Assembly: GCA_951406725.2 (NCBI GenBank)
Contig: OX597821.1
Coordinates: 115,816,001-115,880,000, forward strand
From: Octopus vulgaris
Taxonomy: Eukaryota
Direction of reading: 5' to 3'
DNA length: 64,000 nucleotides
Made by a program: the position numbers and the translations under genes. Within the stretch, counting starts at the first letter, position 1. The number at the start of each line of letters is the position of its first letter. The notes below the pieces were generated by a model that searched no databases, was not told where the DNA came from, and was given only the letters and a program-made list of their open reading frames with translations. This document shows, one piece after another, positions 13,255-27,251 of this stretch.

Positions 13255-13788
13255 TAGAGAGGTTTTAGGGAAGATATCGAGAAAGAAATTCCAGGATTAA
13301 TGAAGGCTGGATGACGGTGGGTTTCCTTCCCCGCCACCAAAACATGTCATATTTGTCAAATCAAAACAGTTGACTTCATTTGTTTATATCTCTAAGACAT
13401 TTTGACGGTGTCAGACATCCATATCAGCATAATTTTGTGCTAAAAAGAAAACCTTTAGGTGTTGAATCTGATTTTGAATAATTAATTTAAGCTAACATCG
13501 TTTGAACACATTGCTAATGATTACTTGGTCTACACTTTCTCTGAATCTCATCAACACATCCCCTGGATAATTGCACTAAATCGACCGCAGTATATTACTG
13601 CTATATATTTTATTGGCGGACAAGCAATTTCTATTTCAGCATGGTTTGAATTAAAATAAAAGCTTAATGTCATGTGAATTTTTTTACTCAGTATTTTTGC
13701 CATTTCAATCAATTAGCCACCATGGGAACTTTTGCAAATTAGAACCATTCTTTATTGCGTCTCGGGAGAGTCATTACGCCAATATCAA

Positions 13789-14074
13789 TAACACACGCAC
13801 TGGTTGAATTCCACTCCTTTATTATTAGTCAATTGGTTAAATGAATCGATCGTTTGTTTAAATTGTTGGTTAAACAGGCTGTCGTTTGTTTTGTTTTAGT
13901 TTTTCGTTACAGACTGAAAGAGAAATCAATATATAGGCTGCGAGTGGCAACGAAAGGATTCAACGAAAAACAAAAGCAAAACAAATGACTGATTGTTTAA
14001 CTAACAAACGATCGATTAATTTAACCAATTGACTAATTAATAAAAAAAGTGGAAGTGAATCAGTGCGTGTGTTA
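13789..14074. repeat. Imperfect fold-back inverted repeat (MITE-like)
   Basis: TAACACACGCACTG...TTTTCGTT versus AACGAAAA...CAGTGCGTGTGTTA. Confidence 0.75.
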
Positions 14075-14740
14075 AAAATAAAGTAAATAAATAAAGTAAA
14101 TAAATAAGCATTATATTTCAGAGTAATCTGAGCACTAAAGAGTTAAAATTTCATCTATAACTAATTAAAAAAGTTGATTAATTATGCTAATTACTTTATA
14201 TCAGGATTTTAAAATATTCTTTAAAGAGAGATGTGATGTCTATCCTGATGGAAAGATGGAATGTCCATGCTTTTTTTTCCCAAGAGCATTACTATATTAG
14301 TAGATGTGGTGGTAAGTGGCTTTACCTAAGAATGACTCTCCCTAAACACAGCATAATTTGTCTCAATACACGATTTCACATAAAGAAGCTTGCAAACCAG
14401 ATACAAAAACGAAGAAAGTCATTCTTTAGTTTTTCTGTTTTGTTGTTCAACTAGATAAGCGCATTCAGTCTATGGGCGCCATTTTGTTTTGAGTGTTTAT
14501 ATTGTTTTTCTTGGTTGTACTTCATGTTTGAGAAAATTGAACTGCTCACAAGTACCAACGAAGGAACTTTTACTGGTCAGCAGCCAAATTTCTCTAACAT
14601 CACACCTCAATGTCTTTAAAATAGTTAAGGACCAATTGAATAGTATATTTGAAAAAAAAAAAAGAAAAGTATAGCTGGGATGGTTTCAGTTAGAACACAT
14701 TTGGTCTCTTCGATCGAGGATTACTTAAGGCTAATCAACG

Positions 14741-14902
14741 ACCAACCAACCAACCAACCAACCAACCAATCAACCAACCAGCCAGCCAGCCAGCCAGCCA
14801 GCCAACCATCCAACCAACCAACCAACCAGTCAGCCAGCCAGCCAGCTAACCAGCAAGCCAGTTAATCAGCCGGCCAGCCGGCCAACCAACCTACCAGCCA
14901 AT
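14741..14902. repeat. Compound (ACCA)/(GCCA) tetranucleotide repeat
   Basis: Direct reading. Confidence 0.9.
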
Positions 14903-14994
14903 CAAATGATATAGAAAAACGAAAATAAAGAATTTATCACAGGATCGGTTCCCTTTACACGATGAAATTTTCTGACTTCCATTCATTATTTATA

Positions 14995-15048
<54 letters not shown>

Positions 15049-15128
15049 GCGCGCGCGTGTCCACACAGAGCTTATTTCAAAAACAATATTAACAACAATA
15101 ACTATTATGAATATATCGCACCGGTTAA

Positions 15129-15359
15129 GGCGGCGAGCTGGCGGAAACGTTAGCACGCCGGGCGAAATGCGTAGCCGTATTTCGTCTGTCGTTACGTTGT
15201 GAGTTCAAATTCCGCCGAGGTCGACTTTGCCTTTCATCCTTTCGGGGTCGATAAGTTAAGTACCAGTTACGCATTGGGGTCGATATAATCGACTTAATCC
15301 CTTTGTCTGTCCTTGTTTGTCACCTCTATGTTTAGCCCCTTGTGGGCAATAAAGAAATA
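15129..15359 (+). mobile_element. Full-length family A SINE
   Basis: Near-identical to the 7516 copy; imperfect TSD ATATATCGC(A/C)C..GGTT. Confidence 0.92.
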
Positions 15360-15729
15360 TATATCGCCCAGGTTCAATTTATATTTGAACCATTTAAGTT
15401 ATTGCATGCTTTTGTGCCTTCTGGTGTCTTGGAGATGTTTGGACTGTTAAAGAAATAAGGGTCCGTAGAATGACTCACCCATGATTTCATTACAGTGACT
15501 CAATGACTAGGAAGATTTAGTGAATATCTTCATTCTTCTTGCATAATTTAGTTTCGCTTGGTCTAAATCTCGCTTGGGTGTTTCTGTCTTCCGTCTTTCT
15601 TGGGTTGTTAAGATAAGTATCAGGTACAGAGATCGAGTGAATTGACCGGAAGCCACTTGACTGTAGCTTTGTGTCAATGGGAGAAGTAAATATTAAACAA
15701 ATAAAAACTTACGGATAGCGGAATAATTA

Positions 15730-16069
15730 TTCTTTTATTCTTTTATTTGTTTCAGTCATGTGACTACGGCCAATGTGGAGCACCCCCTTGAAGTGTTTTT
15801 GTCGAACAATTCAACCCCAGGACTTATTTTTTAAGCGTAGTATTTATTTTATCGGTCTCTTTGTCGAACCGCTAGGTTACGGGGACGTAAATACACAAAC
15901 ACCGGTTTTCAAGCAATTGTGTGTGTGTGTGGGTGGGTGGGGGGGCAAATACACACATTTATATATGATGGGCTTCTTTCAGTTTCCGTTCATTAAATCT
16001 ACTCACAAGGGAACTGAACTCGGAACCGTGTGGTTGGGAAGCAAGCTTTTTATCACACAGCTAAGCCTG
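15730..16069 (-). mobile_element. Family B SINE (internally deleted)
   Basis: Reverse match to the 16421 copy (GTTTCAGTCA..., CCGCTAGGTTACGGGGACGTAAA). Confidence 0.85.
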
Positions 16070-16420
16070 CATGAAGACACTGAATAAATACCACCTTAAT
16101 ATCTATAAAATTAAAATATAATAAAATATATGGAAACGTTTACATGTTACAATTATCATTAGCAATTAAATAAACCTTCAAAGGAGTTGAGATGAATGGG
16201 GAAGTCGGCATTGTTTTGGATAGTAGTCAATGGTTCATATCTTGGCCCTAAACTTTTTCCTGTGTCAGTAACCATGACAGCAGAATAGAAAAAAGAGAAA
16301 CGACTGAGAACAAGATAACGAATGGGATCTCCCTTGTTTCAGAGATCATATCCTCTCCTAACAGAATAAAGTAATTATTTTTATTCTGTCTTTTTAGCAC
16401 ATATTCTACAGAATATCATT

Positions 16421-16827
16421 GGCGTAGGAGTGGCTGTGTGGTAAGTAGCTTGCTTACAAACTACATGGTTTTGGGTTCACTCCTACTGCGTAGCACTTTG
16501 GGCAAATGTCTTCTACTATAGCCTCGGACCAACCAAAGCCTTGTGAGTGGATTTGGTAGACGGAAACTGAAAGAAGCCCGTCGTATATATGTATATGTAT
16601 ATATATATGCATATGTGTTTTTGTGTCTGTGTTTGTCTCACCAACATCGCTTGACAACCGATGCTGGTGTGTTTACATCCCCGTAACTTAGCGGTTCGGC
16701 AAAAGAGACCGATAGAATAAGTACTGGGCTTCCAAAGAATAAGTCCTGGGGTCGATTTGCTCGACTAAAGGCGGTGCTCCAACATGGCCACAGTCAAATG
16801 ACTGAAACAAGTAAAAGAGTAAAAGAG
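16421..16827 (+). mobile_element. Full-length family B tRNA-derived CORE-like SINE with internal microsatellite
   Basis: GGCGTAGGAGTGGCTGTGTGGTAAG head, CORE-like CTTTGGGCAAATGTCTTCT, internal (TA/TG)n, tail GACTGAAACAAGTAAAAGAG. Confidence 0.9.
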
Positions 16828-17699
16828 AATATTTTATTGCTACTGAAAATCCTTGCATCGAACTTCAAACCAGTTCAACAAAAAAGTATGCTTTTGTTTT
16901 GAGGGTATTAGAAATGTCTTGTTTTATCGATTGAAACTATAAGTTGAGGTGGTAAACCTATATCTCATTTTAAATATAACCTGTGATAGATCTATATTTC
17001 ATTTCAAGCAATGAAACTAGAGGAAAGCTTCAGCTATCAATTGCTATCCGAAATTTAAAAGATACCATTCAAGTCCTTGCAACGGCCTGAATGATACAAG
17101 ATCACGTCCTCGGGAGCAATATACTTTATTTTCCTCTTTTCCAAAATAAATAAAATGACTTCATCCAGTGGAGTTTCTCGACAAGCCAAGTACACCAATC
17201 AATTTCAGTTTATGCTTGTAGTTCCCTAACTTCATTTACGCCACTAATCTACTTGAAAAAGGTATGAATGTCACACAATCACTTCAGTCTTCTCTGTAAC
17301 TAGGTGAAGAATTGTGTTCCCGAAGAAATAAGTGCAGACATCTTTTAAAGTACAAACGCCTTCACATTTAGAGAGAGAGAGGGGGGGGCAGAATGAGAGG
17401 GAGAGAGAGACAGAGGGGGAGAGAAAGAGAGAGACAAAGAGAGAATGGGTGTTTTAGCATTGGCATTATTGACATCGACGCATCGAAAGGACGCCAATTA
17501 GGAATTAATGCCGTGTCGCAGTATCAGGCTATCGACAGTACACACCACTAGAAGTGGCTGCTATCATGGATGTGTAGTTAAGAATTTTGCTCTGCAATTA
17601 TGGCTTTGGGTTCAATCACATGGCACATCACCTTGAGCAGAAAATATAAAATGGATAATATCCAAAATCGAGAATTTTTTGAAAAATGAAAGAAGGACC

Positions 17700-18203
17700 A
17701 GAGTGAAAAGTATATGTGTTAGGTAGTTCCATGATCGAACAAGCAATAAAGTTATATATAAGGGCCACTAGCAGTTCCAAGGGTGAATATTTCATGATAA
17801 TTCATGGCAAGGAATAATGGAAGTTACCAGTTCCATTTTTGAATGGACTTCTCTTTCTTCTGGAATGTGGAATGACCTCCAAGAAGTCCAGATCTCACTC
17901 CATGTGATTTTTACTTGTGAGGTTACACAAGTGAGGTGTACAAGACAAAACTTTGCATACTGGAGGACTTGGAGACACGGTTTCAGGGGATTCTCAGTGA
18001 TATCCCAGATGACGACCTTCAGAAGGTTGTTGATTCATCCCTGGCCATTTGAGGAAAGTGGATTACGCCATTGATATATGAAAATTTACTTTCATTTTAC
18101 CATTTAATAAAGAACATGTATCATTTGTTTCAATAAATTTGTAAAAGGAATATGGATTTTGTTACCAATTTTTAAAGCCTACTTACTTTTCACCCACCCT
18201 ATA
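17700..18203 (+). mobile_element. Decayed Tc1/mariner (rosa/DD41D-like) remnant
   Basis: VE*PPRSPDLTPCDFYL*GY motif at ~17867-17925; 3' end TACTTTTCACCCACCCTATA is TIR-like. Confidence 0.7.
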
Positions 18204-18345
18204 CACACACATACACACACACTTATATATATTTATATATATATAGTCATTTCAAATAAACAATCGATTCAAATAAACGAATAATAAAATTAAAAGGAGG
18301 ACTGCACAAGGAATATATTAGCTTGACGCTCGGTAAAAAAGAGAG

Positions 18346-18383
18346 TTTTTGACATTTCGAGCATAGCGCTTCGTCGGGAAGAA
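18346..18383 (-). ncRNA. Minimal hammerhead motif (degenerate) in a TA-embedded element
   Basis: Minus strand CCGACGA-A-GCGC-TAT-GCTC-GAAA-TGTC; element related to the 54083 and 58378 copies; weak stem I. Confidence 0.5.
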
Positions 18384-18624
18384 GAAAGGGAAATGTCCAA
18401 AGAAGACAAAAAATCGCCAACAGCACGTGTGTAGTTACATTGCTGATATATATGTATATATATATATAGTTATTGAAGTAGACAAATGAATTATCTTATT
18501 ACGGATAATTCGAAAGATAACCGATACCTGGGTAGCAAAATTCACAACAGAAAGGGCACGGTTGAAGTTACGACTAAGGCACGGATTCCAAACTTTATAT
18601 ATATATATATATATATATATGGAT

Positions 18625-19130
18625 ATATCTCATAAATAATGCGGGTTTTTTTTACACAGCTTTTGTTTTTCAAAATTAAGATAAACAAAGTTCTTTTTTA
18701 ATCAAAAATATACTCTCCTTCATTTTCTACAATGTTCTTCCATCTATCTGGTAGGCTTGCAAGGCCCTTCTTCCAAAAAATTCACTTGTCCGTGACGAAA
18801 ATTACTCCTCCAGTACTGTTCTGACCACGTCTACAGAATTCATATTTTTCCGTCCAAATAATTTTGAAAACTGCGGAATACATGATAATCAAATGGGGCA
18901 ATGTCCGCCGGTGGATGTGGCATCGTTTCCCATTCAAACTGCTCCGGCCTTTGGAATGTCATCCTCGTTGTATGTTGCCGAGCATTATCCTGGTGGAAGA
19001 ACACCTTTCATCTTGAAACCAAAGGTGGACGTTTTTCCTTCTAGCGCTGACTTGAATGACTGGTTGAACGATCAAATCCAAGCTTCCCTGATGGCTCTTC
19101 AACAATTACGATGAGATTTTGTTTAAAATA
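18625..19130 (-). mobile_element. Mariner (DD34D) transposase remnant
   Basis: VFFHQDNARQHT...WETMPHPP..DIAPFDYHVFRSFQNYLDG...LPDRWKNIVENEGEY. Confidence 0.9.
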
Positions 19131-19161
19131 AATACTGCAGTGAATACAATGACGAAATATA

Positions 19162-19211
19162 TAAATTTATAAGTAAGGATAATATCGATATTATCCTTAC
19201 TTATAAATTTA
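19162..19211. repeat. Perfect 50-bp palindrome
   Basis: TAAATTTATAAGTAAGGATAATATC|GATATTATCCTTACTTATAAATTTA. Confidence 0.95.
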
Positions 19212-19296
19212 GCGCATTGAGCTGTTTGGCGGGCGGTTTAAGCTGGTCTTGTGCATATGTATGTATGAGCGTTCGTATAAGTGGGTATAACGTATG

Positions 19297-19352
<56 letters not shown>

Positions 19353-19558
19353 TCAATATAGGGTGGCAAAAAAAAATTTTGTAGAATTCTTTGCCATAGC
19401 GGCCTAGTAGGAAAAATTAAATATCATAAACCATTTTTACGTTCAACATATATACTATAGCTTTATATTCCGTAAACCAGGAGTTTTTCAATTTTCTCCT
19501 GGTTTACGGATATATAGCTTTTGGCTGTTATTTCTAGTGGGTATGGCCGTTCCTGATT

Positions 19559-19659
<101 letters not shown>

Positions 19660-19682
19660 GTATTTATGTGCCTATCTGATAT

Positions 19683-19739
19683 ATTCAACTGAAGAAGGCA
19701 GAGCTTCTCATGCAAAGCCAGAAATCCAGGGTCTTGAAT
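19683..19739 (+). ncRNA. Type I hammerhead ribozyme motif
   Basis: ATTCAA-CTGAAGA-A-GGC...GCC-A-GAAA-TCCAGGG-TC-TTGAAT: 6-bp stem I, GUC triplet; inside a ~300-bp insert between (TA)n runs. Confidence 0.78.
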
Positions 19740-19957
19740 TGTCCAGAAAAATCTTTTTTTGCTAGTTTATTTTGTCTCTCTGTCTTCTCTCCTAGCGCTG
19801 TGGCTTTAGGGTCAGGGTTTTGACTGGTATTTTAGCATGGTGGTATCTCTCAGATACCCTAATTTATACTTTTAAATAATTGTTACCTTTGTATGGTATT
19901 TATTCCCATGCTGGCCACTCGATACGATCGATATTTAAATATCGATATTATCCTATT

Positions 19958-19993
<36 letters not shown>

Positions 19994-20011
19994 AATATAT
20001 ATATATATAAT

Positions 20012-20077
<66 letters not shown>

Positions 20078-20087
20078 ATATCTGAAG

Positions 20088-20242
20088 ACGGACGTGTGGC
20101 TCCGTGGTTAAGAAGTTCACTTTGCAATCACGCAGTTTCGAGTTTAGTCTCTCTGCGTTGTAATTTCTACAATAGTCCTGGGCCGATCGATGCCTTGTGA
20201 ATGAATTTGGTAGACGGAAACTAAGGAAACCGAGGAAAACCG

Positions 20243-20282
<40 letters not shown>

Positions 20283-20530
20283 GTATGTGTGTGAGTGTGT
20301 ATGTTTGTGTGTGTTTGGTGTTGTGTTGCGTTTGCGTCCCACTCACCGTTTGACAACTGGTGTTGGTTTAATTATGTCTCCGTAACATGCCGGTTCGGCA
20401 AAAGAGTTTGACAGAATAAGTACCAGACTTAAAAGAAGTACTGGGATCGATTTGTTTGACTTAACCCACTGAGGTGGTTCCTCAGCGTGGTCGCAGTCCA
20501 ATGAGTGGAGCATGTAAATGGTAAAAGAGA
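20088..20530 (+). mobile_element. Diverged family B SINE with expanded internal (TA)n
   Basis: Collinear with the 16421 copy. Confidence 0.8.
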
Positions 20531-20531
20531 A

Positions 20532-20618
<87 letters not shown>

Positions 20619-20663
20619 TATATATATTTCCTTGTTTGGTTTTAAAATAGTGGTTTTGTCTCG

Positions 20664-20899
<236 letters not shown>

Positions 20900-21589
20900 T
20901 ACATATATATATATATACATATATACACATATATATATATGTATATTCACACACACATACACATATGTATATATATATATATATGAATGTGTGTGTGTGT
21001 GTGTTATCTCGAATCGTGTTATAAAGCAGTTATTGTTATCAAGCGTATTATTATTATAGTAAAATCTCCCCGGACCAAAGTGATCCCGGAAAGTGGCAAG
21101 GACTGCACATGCAAATACAAAAAAAAGTCAAATATATTCAAATGTAAATAACTTTACAGACGCACACACAGAAATAAAGTCAGAAATTCGCAAATACATG
21201 CATATGATATCACACACGCACACACACGCACACACACGCACACACACACACACACACACTCACACACATATATGTGTGTGTCGCTTAGAAATGCATTGTA
21301 TACATACATATGCACACATATATATCGCTTATAAATTTGTGACACACACACACACACATATATATACACTCCACACGCACACACATATACACTCCACAAA
21401 CGCACGCACACGCACACACGTAGCGTCTGTGTGTGTGTGTGTGTGTGTGTATGTGTGTATATATGTGTGTGCATGTAGTTTTATAAGAAATATACACACG
21501 TGTGCGTATACACATATTTGCATTGTATGTGTGTGCACGCGTGTGCATGTGTGTGTGTTTTGCTTGTGATGAAGTTCATTCAGGCGCGT

Positions 21590-22607
21590 CTTGAAATGGG
21601 CGGGGCAAAAAGGACGAAGCTAATTGGTTCTTTGTTGGCCATTCATGAAACTGTGTGTGACGAAAGTGGTGGTGGGAGCGAGTGAAACAGTGCGAAATAG
21701 AGAGAGAGAGAGAGAGAGAGGGAGAGAAAGAGAGAGGGAGGGAGAGTCTGAGAGGAAACTAAGCAGAAAATGGGGTCCAGCTAGCGACGAATGATGGGAG
21801 GAAAGACTACGATGCGTTGATTACGATCGAAACGTAGTTGTTTGTTTACTGATTTGTTACTGCAGTAGTTCACCAGGGTGCCTTAAAGGTGGGTGTGTAC
21901 CAAGGTTTGCTCGTGTCACAGATTCCTCCTGTCGGAGAAACCACTGTCGAAGAAGATATATATGCTGATGACATCATTCCTTACTATGGGACACTAATTC
22001 CCGCAGCTATTTATATTAATGCTAATAAAAGTCTCTATCTTTCTTTGATTTCTTCCCAATGATCTTGTCGGATATTTTTGCCTGCAGCACTCAAGTGAAA
22101 TCAACAGAGACATTCGCTGAGCAACACATTTATTAACTTCGTGAAGTTTACTTTTAATTGTTGCTAATTGGATACATTGCCTCGGAATCAGTCCAGTTTT
22201 TGTAGCTTATTATTTTCATTATCTCAAATTAATTGCATTGCAGCAAACTGATTACTATGTAACAACTGTTAATGAATTGTTTAAATGGGAATGTAAATGA
22301 ATTTTAATTGAAAAATGCTTCTTAATTGGAACTAGAAAGAGTAATTAATCGAAACTGAAGACATTGTCAAGCCAGATTTATTTATGTCAAACTTCATTCA
22401 GACTGGAACTTCATCTTCATCCATTCTCATCTCATCGGATTCTAGCAGAAGACAGAGAGAAATATAAATATAAATATGAATGTATAAATAAAATAAATGC
22501 ATTTGTATATCTAACGAGAGGAGTAATAAAGCATGATTGCTTAGATACATCGAACCCGTTTAAACGGGTTTAAAACTGAATTCACTACGAGCGGAATGCA
22601 GGTAAGA
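21590..22607 (+). promoter_or_regulatory. Candidate promoter and long non-coding first exon
   Basis: GC box GGGCGGGG ~21598, reverse CCAAT ~21623, GAGA tract, ~850 bp of repeat-free unique sequence ending in CAG|GTAAGA at 22601/22602. Confidence 0.4.
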
Positions 22608-23224
22608 AGCTCTTAGCAGTATTTTATCCAACCAAATATGTTGATAAAGTTATGTTACTATGGAAACATATTTGCGTTATCATTTTCCCTTCAATTAATC
22701 TTTTATGGTCAAACTTTTATCTGTCCATCTTTTATGATCAAAACGTTTTATTTCTCTATCTTTTATGATCAAAACTTGCCCAAGCTTTTAAGCTGGCGAA
22801 CATTTCAAATTTATTGTACTTCTCATGTATTTGTTGTATAGTCGTCGAACTCTGGCAATTACAGTGCTATGACTATATTTATTGCTATCATTATATATGC
22901 CTGAAGATTCATCCGTATACATGTCAATGTCCATATCAAATGTATGTAAACAACTACGAAGTAATAAGTATGAGACAATGCGCTTATTTCAATGTCGACA
23001 CACGCATGCAAGCGCGTACACGCGTGCGCACGCATGCACATACACACGCACATGCATACACACACACACAGAAGCAGGCACAGTCACACACATGTATACT
23101 CTGTACATATTTACGAATCACACAAAGTTCACACACCCATGTCTTGACATGCTTTAGTTCATGCACCACAACTGCTTCTAATGCCGGCTGTTTATCGGCC
23201 GAAAACAATATTTTGAATCAATGA

Positions 23225-23400
23225 CATTCGCAACATCTGACCGTGTTTTAATACTTGACTATCGCAACACCTGACTATTGCAACATGTATTTCCACATCA
23301 GCTGAATTACACAACACTTAAGTAATATGACACGTAAGGATCGCAACATTTGATTATTAGAACATATAATTATTGAAACATATGACATCTGCGATACCTG
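23225..23400. repeat. Degenerate ~16-bp minisatellite
   Basis: Units such as TATCGCAACACCTGAC, GATCGCAACATTTGAT, TATTGAAACATATGAC. Confidence 0.65.
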
Positions 23401-23413
23401 GTGATGATGATGA

Positions 23414-23514
<101 letters not shown>

Positions 23515-23745
23515 CAATAATAATAAAGGGTAAAATCAATTAATTAACTAGTAATTAATAATTCCACCAAGTAGAATTCGGCATGAAGAAAGGACCATTT
23601 TTCGGTAAACTTAAACAATATTTTATAATTACGAGTATAATTATAATTAGGTTTCAGCAAAGATTTGCTTTACCACATACCAAAGTTTAGAAATAACAGC
23701 CAAAGAACCTTAGCTATTTCTTCTACTATAAGAAGAGACTCCCGG

Positions 23746-23821
<76 letters not shown>

Positions 23822-23877
23822 GCTATCTATCTATCTATTTAGCTAGCTATCCATTTGTGTTCACACGCACATAGATG

Positions 23878-23952
<75 letters not shown>

Positions 23953-24641
23953 TCAACAGCTGCGACATCTGATATTAGCAAAGCTAAACATTATAAACAA
24001 ACGTACTGAGTGAGAGTTTCCGTGTGGTCGTTCAGCATAGCAGTCAAATCTCCCTCAAAGTACACAACTATCTTTAAAAAGAGAAGAATACATAATACAC
24101 CTCGATTTACATTATACCGTATCTGAAATGAAACGGATAATCACGGGTGGAATGTCTTGGTCACAAATCTACTCTGTTAGGACTAATCTGGAGCTAAATA
24201 ATGACTTCAAATTTTGGCATCCGGCTAGAAATTTTAGGGACTGGGTCAAAGCCGATTTCATTAATCCCTATACTCGACTGATACCTGTTTTATTGTCTTT
24301 GGAAGAGTGAAAGACAAACTTGATCCTGGCTGGGATTTGAACTCTCGCACATGGAGTCGGAAGAAATGCTGCTGCAGCAATAATAAAAGACAATTGAGAG
24401 AACAAAGCCAAAAAATGTATAACGTAATTGAAAATGTAAGAAAATGGAACGTAACATGTTATATGAAGGTATAATTAGGACAGTGAACATTACGTAGCGT
24501 TTTGTTGTCACTTGGGTCTGGATTCAATTTACGAGTGAAGTCGACTATAACTTGGACAGATTTATCTTTCCAACCCATCAACAATCATTATATGGGCACT
24601 GATATCTACTTTATACATGTTGTTGTCTCTACCCCTCTCTC

Positions 24642-24718
<77 letters not shown>

Positions 24719-24754
24719 AATTGATCAAAATAAAAACATGATGCCAAGGACTCA

Positions 24755-24873
24755 GCGGTACATATGTTTCGGGCCTTTATTAGACAGATTTATAACAATG
24801 CATAATGTTCTACACCACTGTAGAACTCATTTATAACAATGCATAATGTATGTCTGTGGCCTTCTTCAGCCGC
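24755..24873 (-). ncRNA. Type I hammerhead ribozyme motif with long loop II
   Basis: Minus strand GCGG-CTGAAGA-A-GGCC...GGCC-C-GAAA-CATATG-TA-CCGC; palindromic stem III, GUA triplet. Confidence 0.8.
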
Positions 24874-24949
24874 GCACAACAACTTCCACCACCTACACCA
24901 CTAAACGGTATATACAGGTGCTTACAATTATCAAGTACTCACCCCGAAT

Positions 24950-24992
<43 letters not shown>

Positions 24993-25019
24993 CACAAATA
25001 TATATACATACATATACAT

Positions 25020-25150
<131 letters not shown>

Positions 25151-25384
25151 TCGTATACATTCGATGCTTTCTTCCAAGGAATCTAATGCTCTTAGCTTAG
25201 TTTTTCCTTGGGACTGGCCGGATTGGAGCAATCTCAAGATTAATCAGCCTCAATTGCGAGGATGATCCGGTTCTTGACTGAAGATAAAAGGCTTCGAATG
25301 ACCCGTCCTTGTTTTTTTGTATCATTTATCTGGATTTTTTGTTGTCCCTTTTTGTATCACCTAGTCATCCAGGTGTTTTGCGTT

Positions 25385-25421
<37 letters not shown>

Positions 25422-25529
25422 ATCACGTGACCGACCAGTCCATCAGATGTAGTTACACATCGCTGGTTACAATGCGTTCGCATTGTTTTAGCCTTTGAAT
25501 GACGCCACCCCGCTGGCTAAGCAAGCAGG

Positions 25530-25566
<37 letters not shown>

Positions 25567-25659
25567 CGCTTAGATATTACGATGCTAATAGCCTGGTGTA
25601 GAACTCAGAACAGAGTGTTTGAAAACTGTATATAGCATGATAAGAAAAGGTGATGGCAT

Positions 25660-25909
25660 AACGATGGTTATATTATGAATTTCATTAGCTTATAGTTGTT
25701 TCTGATATAAAATGCAGTGGACTTATAGTTGAGTGCCTGAAAAGCATGCTGTATCTACATCAGAGCCTCGAACATGAAGTGCAATTCTGGAAAAGAATTA
25801 CATTTGAGCAATATACAGGAAAGGCATTACCAGTGAGAAAGTCATTACTGACTGCATCATATAGCAGAAATAGCTGTAAGCTAATGAGGTTCATAACATA
25901 ACCATCGTT
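25660..25909. repeat. Inverted repeat with decayed hammerhead 3' half
   Basis: ~60-bp arms; GAAATAGCTGTAAG resembles GAAACAGCTGTAAG of the 9.3-kb and 29.8-kb motifs. Confidence 0.7.
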
Positions 25910-25919
25910 TTCCTGTGTC

Positions 25920-26002
<83 letters not shown>

Positions 26003-26177
26003 CATCCATCCATCCAACCATCCATCCATCCATCCATCCATCTGTCTGTCTGTCTGACTGACTACGTATGTATGTATGTATGTATGTATGTATGTATGTA
26101 TGTATGTATGTATATATATATATATATATATATGTTTATATGTATATATATGTATATATATATGTATAGTAAAAAGA

Positions 26178-26219
<42 letters not shown>

Positions 26220-27251
26220 AGTGAATGGACGTGAATAATAGATCCAGCAGGTATCGTTCAACCACTGTCGTATAATCCAGGGTCTGGTTAACTGCATTGA
26301 GTGATATCTAAGGTAAACAATCTCAAAAATTTCTATCCAATGGATAAATCCTGAGTTCGTTTCATTGGATTATAAACAGTTTAGTGAGTGCATATCTAAG
26401 ACTTAAAATGAAGATAGAAATTTATACATTATTTCTATCCATTTTGCTGGATGCAATGTATTTTGACCTACTTTGGTACTGGGGCTTATGATTCTGCATC
26501 TAAACCTTAGGGTCATCCTATCATCATAGGGTCGATCTGATATCGGATTTTATAGCCATATCATATTGCTCCCCACTATCGCCCATATTTTTTGCACTCA
26601 ACACAGATTGTCTTCAGCCAAAAGTATAGGACCGCCAAAACCATTACACTCCAGTTCGCTTCAAACTTTAATAGTAGCGACACCCTGAATAAAGCTACGG
26701 GATACGTTTTTAACCAGGATGAAATCTAGATGTCGCTGAACCAACAGGATGCAAATGGACACCCCATAGCAAGATATCTATACATCAGAAACATATGTCG
26801 GACAGAGTTTCAAGCGAATATATTGTATAAATGACTGTAATGATAAAAACTGTGTAGACGTACTACTCTCCATCTTTATTTTAATTGTCTTGTATGCACA
26901 CACACATGCGTATGTACGATTGAGTAGCCAGGCGAAAGAAAGTGTAACTCTACGCATTTGGTTGGAGCTACATATGTTATTTAATAACAATGTGACTCAG
27001 TTCCACGTCACTTAAAGTTTCGTTGGCTCCCAGAGGGAACCTAACTCGCCAGGCATCTTACTGTTACTCCCTATATAAATGATTGACGAGCTAGGTTCGA
27101 AAATTTAGGCTGCATGGAACTGAGTTAAGTGTTATTTTATATATTTACACAGACATGACAGAAGTAAATAGACACCTTTATAATCATTAAAATTTATTTG
27201 AATCTGAAATTATACATTCAAATTACTTATTAATTGTTATAATGTGAATAT

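Noticed and set aside
23225-23400. Repeat array as a CRISPR
   Set aside because: Tandem degenerate units without unique spacers; eukaryotic context; no cas genes
25276-25310. CTGAAGATAAAAGGCTTCGAATGACCCGTC in a TA-embedded insert
   Set aside because: Stems I-III do not pair; not called a hammerhead
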